Shown here piece after piece: positions 58,122 through 64,000 of a stretch of 64,000 nt of DNA. This DNA is from Podarcis tiliguerta (lineage: Eukaryota): NCBI GenBank assembly GCA_965153285.1, contig OZ229121.1, one strand, 5' to 3'. Every line of letters starts with the position of its first letter. The stretch's first letter is position 1. The notes beneath the pieces are model-generated. The model saw only the letters and a list, made by a program, of their open reading frames with translations, was not told the DNA's origin and ran no database searches. The position numbers and the translations under genes were made by a program.

Positions 58122-59180
58122 ATGGCTTCACTTGTGCCTCTACCGCCATTTGCGCCAGCCTCTGAATCATGGGACTCCTACCTCGCTCGATTCGACTGCT
58201 ACCTCCAAGCCAACGAGCTGACGCAAGTATCACAGGAGCGTAAGCGGGGCCTATTCCTCAGCCTCTGTGGGCCTGAGGTGTTTGAGATGGCCCGAGCATT
58301 GGTTGCGCCTGAAGCAGTCCAGGCAACACCGTGGGACACGATCCAAGAGAAGCTCCGCAACCACTATGCACCAAAGCCGTCCAAGATTGCTGCCCGCCAT
58401 GCGTTCTACCACCGGAACCAGGCAGAGGGGGAGTCAATCAACAACTACACCACCGCCCTGCGACAGGCTGCAATGCACTGCGAGTTCCGAGACTTAGACG
58501 ATGCCCTGATGGATCGAATCGTCTGCGGGGTCCGGGACATGCATCTGCAACGGCGTCTCCTTGCCAAGCCAGACCTCACGCTACAGAAAGCCATTGAGGA
58601 GGCTGTGGCCTCAGAAGCTGCTGAACGCTCCGCCCAGGAGATCCGCAAGTCCAGCAGCCCGCGTCTTGCTAGGAAGCCAGTTCCAGTGCATCACGAAGAG
58701 GCCAGCAGTGATGAGGCATCCTCCAGTGAAGACGATGACGTGCACCAGACAAAGCGGGAGCGCAGGAAGTTCCAACAGAAGTCCAAGGGCCAACCGGAAT
58801 GTGCCGGCTGCGGAGGCCACCATTCCCGTGCCAAGTGTCGATTCAGAGACGCCATCTGTAGGAAGTGTTCCAGAAGGGGCCACATCGCTAAGGTCTGCCG
58901 ATCGGCTCCGTCTGACACGCCCCCTTCACCAACTCGCAAGTCCAAGTCTTCACTCCAGTCTGCCAAGGAAAGCTGTTTCGCTCTCACCAACTGTCGCTGC
59001 CCGTCTGGAACCACGATTGGCCAAACCTACTCGCCTACGCGACGCAAGCTGAACGTCACGGTGCTCATTGAAGGAGCTCCATGTGACATGGAGATCGACA
59101 CCGGGTCTGCCCTGTCCATCGTGTCTTGGAGCACCATCAAAAGACTGGTACCCAGAGTGTCCAAAAGGCAACTTGACTCA
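58122..59180 (+). CDS. gag: gag plus N-terminal half of the aspartic protease (ORF runs on out of register to 59330)
   Basis: ESWDSYLARF..., two Zn knuckles CAGCGGHHSRAKC and CRKCSRRGHIAKVC, protease active site MEIDTGSALSIV. Confidence 0.9.
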
Positions 59181-62100
59181 CCGCGTACACCTGAGAGACT
59201 ACCAGGGAAACGACATTCCCGTGGTAGGCATTGGCCGGTTCCGGATCGCATTCAAGGATTTTTCGGGCCTGCTCCGGTTGGTGGTGGTCGAAGGCCAGCG
59301 GCCAAGCCTCCTAGGGCTAGACTGGTTTGATGCCCTCGGCCTGGAAGTCACCGGCATCAACTGCATCTCTAACGCAGAGACTGAGGGTCTGATCAAAGAC
59401 TTTGCCGAGGTTTTTGACGGCACTTTGGGGCAATATACAGGTACGCCCATCTCCTTTAGCCTTGATCCACAAGTCGCCCCCATCAAGCTAAAGCCACGCC
59501 GGGTTCCCTTTGCTCTCAAGGCTAAGGTGGACGAACAACTGGACAAGCTGATCGCCCAAGGAGTTTTGGAGCCGGTTGACCACGCCAAGTGGGAAACCCC
59601 CATCGTCAAGCCAGACGGGTCGGTGAGAATCTGCGCTGACTACAAGTGCACGATCAACAAGGCACTTCAGCAGCACGCTTATCCGGTTCCTGTTGTCCAA
59701 CACCTGCTGCATTCCCTGGGTGAAGGTAAGGTCTTCGCTAAGCTGGACCTTGCCCAAGCCTATCAACAACTGCCCGTCGATGATGCCACTGCTGAAGCCC
59801 AGACGATCGTCACCCACCGAGGGGCATTCCGTTGCCGCCGGTTGCAGTTCGGGGTGAGTGTGGCTCCTGGCATCTTCCAAAGCCTTATGGAGCGTCTCCT
59901 GCAAGGGCTTCCGGGCGTGGTACCATATTTTGATGACGTCTTGGTGTCCGCAGACTCACACCAGCAGCTGTTCGAGCGCCTCCGTGCCGTGCTGACCAGG
60001 TTCCAAGAGGCTGGGCTCAAGGTAAAGAGGGAGAAGTGCCAGATCGCCGTTCCACAGGTGGAGTTCCTGGGCTATCTTATCGACGCCTCCGGACTTCACC
60101 CGACCACATCCAAGATCCGCGCTATCCAGCAGGCCCCCATCCCAAAGAACAAGACGGAGTTGCAGGCGTTCCTGGGGCTGCTGAACTTTTATAACATGTT
60201 CCTGCCCCACAAAGCCACGGTGGCTGAGCCTCTTCACCGACTCCTCAGCACAAAGACGCCTTGGTCCTGGGGTCATCGGGAGATGGCGGCCTTCAATGCG
60301 GTCAAGGCTCTCCTTTCATCGGACAGTGTGCTGGTACAGTACAGTGAATCCAGGCCGCTGGTCCTTGCCTGCGATGCCTCACCTTTTGGCATCGGCGCTG
60401 TCCTTAGTCACCGTTTTCCAGACGGAAGAGAAGCACCGCTCGCCTACTTTTCCAGGACGCTATCTCAGACGGAACGGAATTACAGCCAGCTCGACAAGGA
60501 GGCACTGGCACTTGTGGCTGGAGTGAAGAGGTTCCATGAATACCTCTATGGCAGGACTTTTGACCTCATCACTGACCACAAGCCGCTCCTGGGCCTCCTC
60601 GCCGGTGATCGTCCAACTCCACCGGTCCTCTCGCCGCGCTTGCTGCGATGGACTGTTTTCCTGGCTGCCTACCACTACCGGCTCGTCCATCGCCCGGGGA
60701 AATCGATGGGCCATGCTGATGCCCTCAGCCGTTGCCCTCTTCCAGCATTTGTGGAAGACCCGGCTCCAGCTTCATCGCTCCTCCTGATTGAGGATCTTCC
60801 GGAAGCGCCTGTATCGGCTGCCACTGTGGCCTCCGCATCTGCCCAGGATCGCACCATCAGCCGTGTGCTCAACTGGGTGTGGAGGGGGTGGCCACAAGGG
60901 CCTTTTGCATCGGAGTTCCAGCCCTTCACAACCAGACAACATGAACTCTCGGCTCATCGCGGCTGTCTGCTGTGGGGAGACCGCGTCGTGATTCCCCAAA
61001 GACTCCGTCAACGCGTCCTGGAGGCTCTGCACGTTGGCCACCCGGGAATTGTCAAAATGAAGGCGTTGGCTCGGTGTTACGTCTGGTGGCCTAACATGGA
61101 CGATGCCATCACTGCCTGGGTGTCCGCCTGTCAAGCGTGCCAAGAATCAAGGCCTGCACCACCGGCAGCTAAGGGACACACCTGGGAGACGCCAAAGACA
61201 CCCTGGTCGAGGGTGCACATCGATCTGGCTGGCCCCTTTCATGGCCGGACCTTTATGGTAGTGGTAGACGCCTATTCCAAATGGCTGGAGGTGGCCCTGA
61301 TGCCCTCCACCACTACCGAGGCCGTCATCCGGGTGCTGCGAGGACTCTTTGCGACGCATGGGTGTCCTGATGTCCTTGTCTCCGACAACGGACCGCAGTT
61401 CACGTCAGGCACTTTTGAGCGGTATCTTTTGGGACTGGGCATCCGCCATGCCCTAACGGCACCATTTCATCCATCCAGCAACGGGCAAGCGGAGAGAATG
61501 GTGCGCTCGGCAAAAGAGGCACTGGCGCGCCTGGACAGGGGAGACTGGCACGAGCGGGTCGCCGAATACTTGTTCGTGCAACACATCACCCCTCATGCGG
61601 CCACAGGGCGGAGTCCTGCTGAACTGCTTATGGGCCGCCGCCTCAGGTCACCGCTCGACCGGCTGCACCCGGACTTTGCTGTGGCTGAACTCCCAGGCTG
61701 TGCCAACGCACCACGGTCTTTTGTTCCAGGAAACCAGGTCTTTGCCCGGAACTATGTGGGGGACATTCCTTGGGTGCCAGCCACAGTAGTGGGAGTCACT
61801 GGACCTCGCTCGTACCAGGTGGCACTCGAAGACGGACGCTTGTGGCGCCGGCACATAGACCAGCTTAGGCGCAGGGTTGGGGACTTGGACACTACCGTGG
61901 TGCCCCCAACTGCGCTCGTGGCTCCAGAAGAGAAACTTACAGATGGCGAGGCTCCACCTACACCTCCCTCGCAAACTGCCAGCGTGGAGCCGAACCAAGC
62001 CGCTTCAGAGGGTCTGCCAGACTTACCACAGACTCAGACCACTCCACTTGCGGAGGCTCCATCCACAGCAGTGGATCCAGGGGATTTGGGTTCAACGCCA

Positions 62101-62241
62101 CCTAGGGTCGCACCACACCCTCAGCAAGAATTGGGTGGCCCTCCGGACTTGGCTACCGGTCCCCGGCGGTCTGGCAGAGTTTCCAAGCGCCCAACTTATT
62201 TAAAGGACTATGTTGTTGGACATGTATCACTGTTGGTTTAA
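59179..62241 (+). CDS. pol: pol: protease C-terminal half, RT, RNase H, integrase (frame +1 relative to gag)
   Basis: LRDYQGN..LLGLDW; KLDLAQAYQQL, YFDD; LACDAS..ADALSR; H..HPG..CQAC, HIDLAGP, SDNGPQF, NGQAERMV; terminal RRSGRVSKRPTYLKDY. Confidence 0.93.
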   Translation, partial: HRVHLRDYQGNDIPVVGIGRFRIAFKDFSGLLRLVVVEGQRPSLLGLDWFDALGLEVTGINCISNAETEGLIKDFAEVFDGTLGQYTGTPISFSLDPQVAPIKLKPRRVPFALKAKVDEQLDKLIAQGVLEPVDHAKWETPIVKPDGSVRICADYKCTINKALQQHAYPVPVVQHLLHSLGEGKVFAKLDLAQAYQQLPVDDATAEAQTIVTHRGAFRCRRLQFGVSVAPGIFQSLMERLLQGLPGVVPYFDDVLVSADSHQQLFERLRAVLTRFQEAGLKVKREKCQIAVPQVEFLGYLIDASGLHPTTSKIRAIQQAPIPKNKTELQAFLGLLNFYNMFLPHKATVAEPLHRLLSTKTPWSWGHREMAAFNAVKALLSSDSVLVQYSESRPLVLACDASPFGIGAVLSHRFPDGREAPLAYFSRTLSQTERNYSQLDKEALALVAGVKRFHEYLYGRTFDLITDHKPLLGLLAGDRPTPPVLSPRLLRWTVFLAAYHYRLVHRPGKSMGHADALSRCPLPAFVEDPAPASSLLLIEDLPEAPVSAATVASASAQDRTISRVLNWVWRGWPQGPFASEFQPFTTRQHELSAHRGCLLWGDRVVIPQRLRQRVLEALHVGHPGIVKMKALARCYVWWPNMDDAITAWVSACQACQESRPAPPAAKGHTWETPKTPWSRVHIDLAGPFHGRTFMVVVDAYSKWLEVALMPSTTTEAVIRVLRGLFATHGCPDVLVSDNGPQFTSGTFERYLLGLGIRHALTAPFHPSSNGQAERMVRSAKEALARLDRGDWHERVAEYLFVQHITPHAATGRSPAELLMGRRLRSPLDRLHPDFAVAELPGCANAPRSFVPGNQVFARNYVGDIPWVPATVVGVTGPRSYQVALEDGRLWRRHIDQLRRRVGDLDTTVVPPTALVAPEEKLTDGEAPPTPPSQTASVEPNQAASEGLPDLPQTQTTPLAEAPSTAVDPGDLGSTPPRVAPHPQQELGGPPDLATGPRRSGRVSKRPTYLKDYVVGHVSLLV

Positions 62242-62343
62242 GTATGGGAAATGTAACCGATATGCTTTTTGTGCCTTATTGAACCATTACGTGTAGTGCT
62301 GTATATAAGGAAACCATTACGATTGTAACTAACGCCTTATCTC

Positions 62344-62355
62344 GGGGGGGAGGGG
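62344..62355 (+). other. Polypurine tract
   Basis: GGGGGGGAGGGG directly abutting the 3' LTR. Confidence 0.92.
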
Positions 62356-62596
62356 TGTTATGTACTGATGTTCTCCCCCTGGGCCAACAGGGGGATACTG
62401 TAGATAGTTTTCACTCAGGTCCACGTCAGTTACTTTAGGCGGGAAACCCTGGGTTGTTGTTGATACAATGTTGACAGCCGGCTCCTATAAAAGCAGGCCG
62501 GCTGAGCTGTTTGCTGTTCAGTTCTGTCCAGCTACAATAAAGAGCTGCTCTGGAGAAATCACTGTGTCATCTACTATGTTCGCCCACAACTTAACA
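62356..62596 (+). repeat. 3' LTR
   Basis: No differences from the 5' LTR found by eye. Confidence 0.97.
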
Positions 62597-64000
62597 ATTC
62601 TACAAATGTTTTTTTGGGGTTGTAAATGAGTAACAGTTGCATGCAAACCAATTGCAGCTGGATGTTTGAAGGAACATTAAAAAATTATATTTAGAAGTTT
62701 AAAGAATGCATGTTTGACACGTGTCCATGTTTACATAACTGCGATGAGTGAAATCATAGGAAACACAACAACAGCTCACATTCATGGAATTGTAGAGTTG
62801 GAAGGGACGCTGAAGATCATTTAGTCCAGCCCCCTGCAATACAGGAATATGCAGCTGTCCCATATGGGGATTGAACCCACAACCTTGGTACTATCAGCAC
62901 CATGACTGAACAAACTGAGCCATCAGGTTCTCATACCATGCCACAAACGCTCCTTGTAACCTTTGCTCGCAATGTAATGTTTACATGCGCCACAATCACA
63001 AAGTGGTGAGTTTGCAGGGGTACCAGTGCATATCTTCTGTTTTGGTTTCATTTTAAATTGTCATAAGCCCGTCTGAGTAGTGCATAGGTGCAAGAAGGAT
63101 GGAACAGACCTTTCTGTGCAAAGAAATAAATAAAAAAATCTTTCTTCGTGTGAGCAGGGTTGGTAAAGAGTTGAGAAATCCTTTTCACATCCCTGCCACA
63201 GGTCTTTAAGGAATGACTTACCTGTCATGTTACTCGAGGTGGCTTAATTAATCAACAGCCTGCCTTAATTGTGTGTTGCAGTGGAGCAAGAACACACTTG
63301 TTAAAAGCAGAATCTGAGCCAGGAGCCAGGACATTTCTAAGGCTACATCTTGTGGAAGATCATAATCACGCATCATATGATGTGATTGCTGCATGTTCCT
63401 GCCTTCCGCTCAACTGCTTTGCATTTTCATTCAGGTTTCAAAAAGTTCCCATTATTGTAAAGGCTTTTGGTAGATGTTTTTAACTTCCAGAGCTTCTGAT
63501 ACAATGTGGTGCTAAACTTAAAATGTGGGAAGTTCTTACGACCTAGTGATTCTTTGGTTCTTCTAAATGGGGAATGGGGCACCTCTAGCATATGAGCCAA
63601 TCTTGGCCCACCAATTTGGCCTGCAAGGACATTTCCCCTTGCCCACCCGTCAATCATCCGGTGTCACTGGGTGACATCACCTAATGGTCAAGGGGTAGAG
63701 TTGGTGCTGCTTTGCCAGTTCCTTCTGTTCGGGGAATGTGCTGATGGAGGAGCCCCCTGCAGAAAGCAGAATTGAAGTCTAAACTCATCAGCTGATGTGT
63801 GGGGAGTTGTGGACGGAACAGCTTCATCAGTACCTTTCCTTTGAGGAATGCAAAGGCGAAACAAATTCCCTACCAAATTGATTGATTGTGATAGGTTGGT
63901 GGGACCCCCAGCTGCCAAAGTTGGCCCATGGGGTGTGGGGGGAGATAAATATCTGTCCCACCAGGCCAAAAAACTTCCCCTGTGATAAAGGTTTAAACAA

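Larger units (their letters stand above)
57699..62596 (+). mobile_element. Full-length Ty3/Gypsy (Mag-like) LTR retrotransposon in GPNMB intron 1, antisense to the gene
   Basis: Two 241-bp TG...CA LTRs, TSD ATTCT (57694-57698 and 62597-62601), PBS, PPT, gag-PR-RT-RH-IN order, no env. Confidence 0.97.

Noticed and set aside
58024-62203. Many antisense and alternative-frame ORFs inside the retrotransposon (possible env or accessory gene)
   Set aside because: Shadow ORFs of GC-rich pol; pol ends 114 bp before the 3' LTR, leaving no room for env.
58122-62241. Domesticated gag/pol host gene
   Set aside because: Flanked by apparently identical LTRs, TSD, PBS and PPT, so it is a recent insertion.
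62600-64000. GPNMB coding exon 1
   Set aside because: No ATG plus hydrophobic signal peptide ending at a phase-1 donor was found; it probably lies beyond the window.

Overview
Vertebrate genomic DNA, most likely from a squamate (probably a lacertid lizard, judged from Sauria-SINE, BovB, CR1 and MITE content). It carries the conserved GPNMB-MALSU1-IGF2BP3 block. IGF2BP3 is on + (last 12 coding exons, 8870-29726, plus a let-7-site-rich 3' UTR; the 5' exons were not found and probably lie upstream of the window). MALSU1 is complete on - (4 exons, 39724-34610, 227 aa, CpG-island promoter). GPNMB is on - (exons 2-11, 57471-45457; signal-peptide exon 1 not found). The most striking accessory feature is a full-length Gypsy (Mag-like) LTR retrotransposon (57699-62596) in GPNMB intron 1, antisense to the gene. 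It has apparently identical 241-bp LTRs, a 5-bp TSD, a tRNA-Ser PBS and a PPT, yet two apparent coding lesions. IGF2BP3 and GPNMB each need a non-canonical GC-AG intron with the same AACG|GCAAGT donor. I found no convincing wholly new biological system; the findings are locus-level curiosities. All coordinates were read by eye and repeat boundaries are approximate unless a TSD is quoted.
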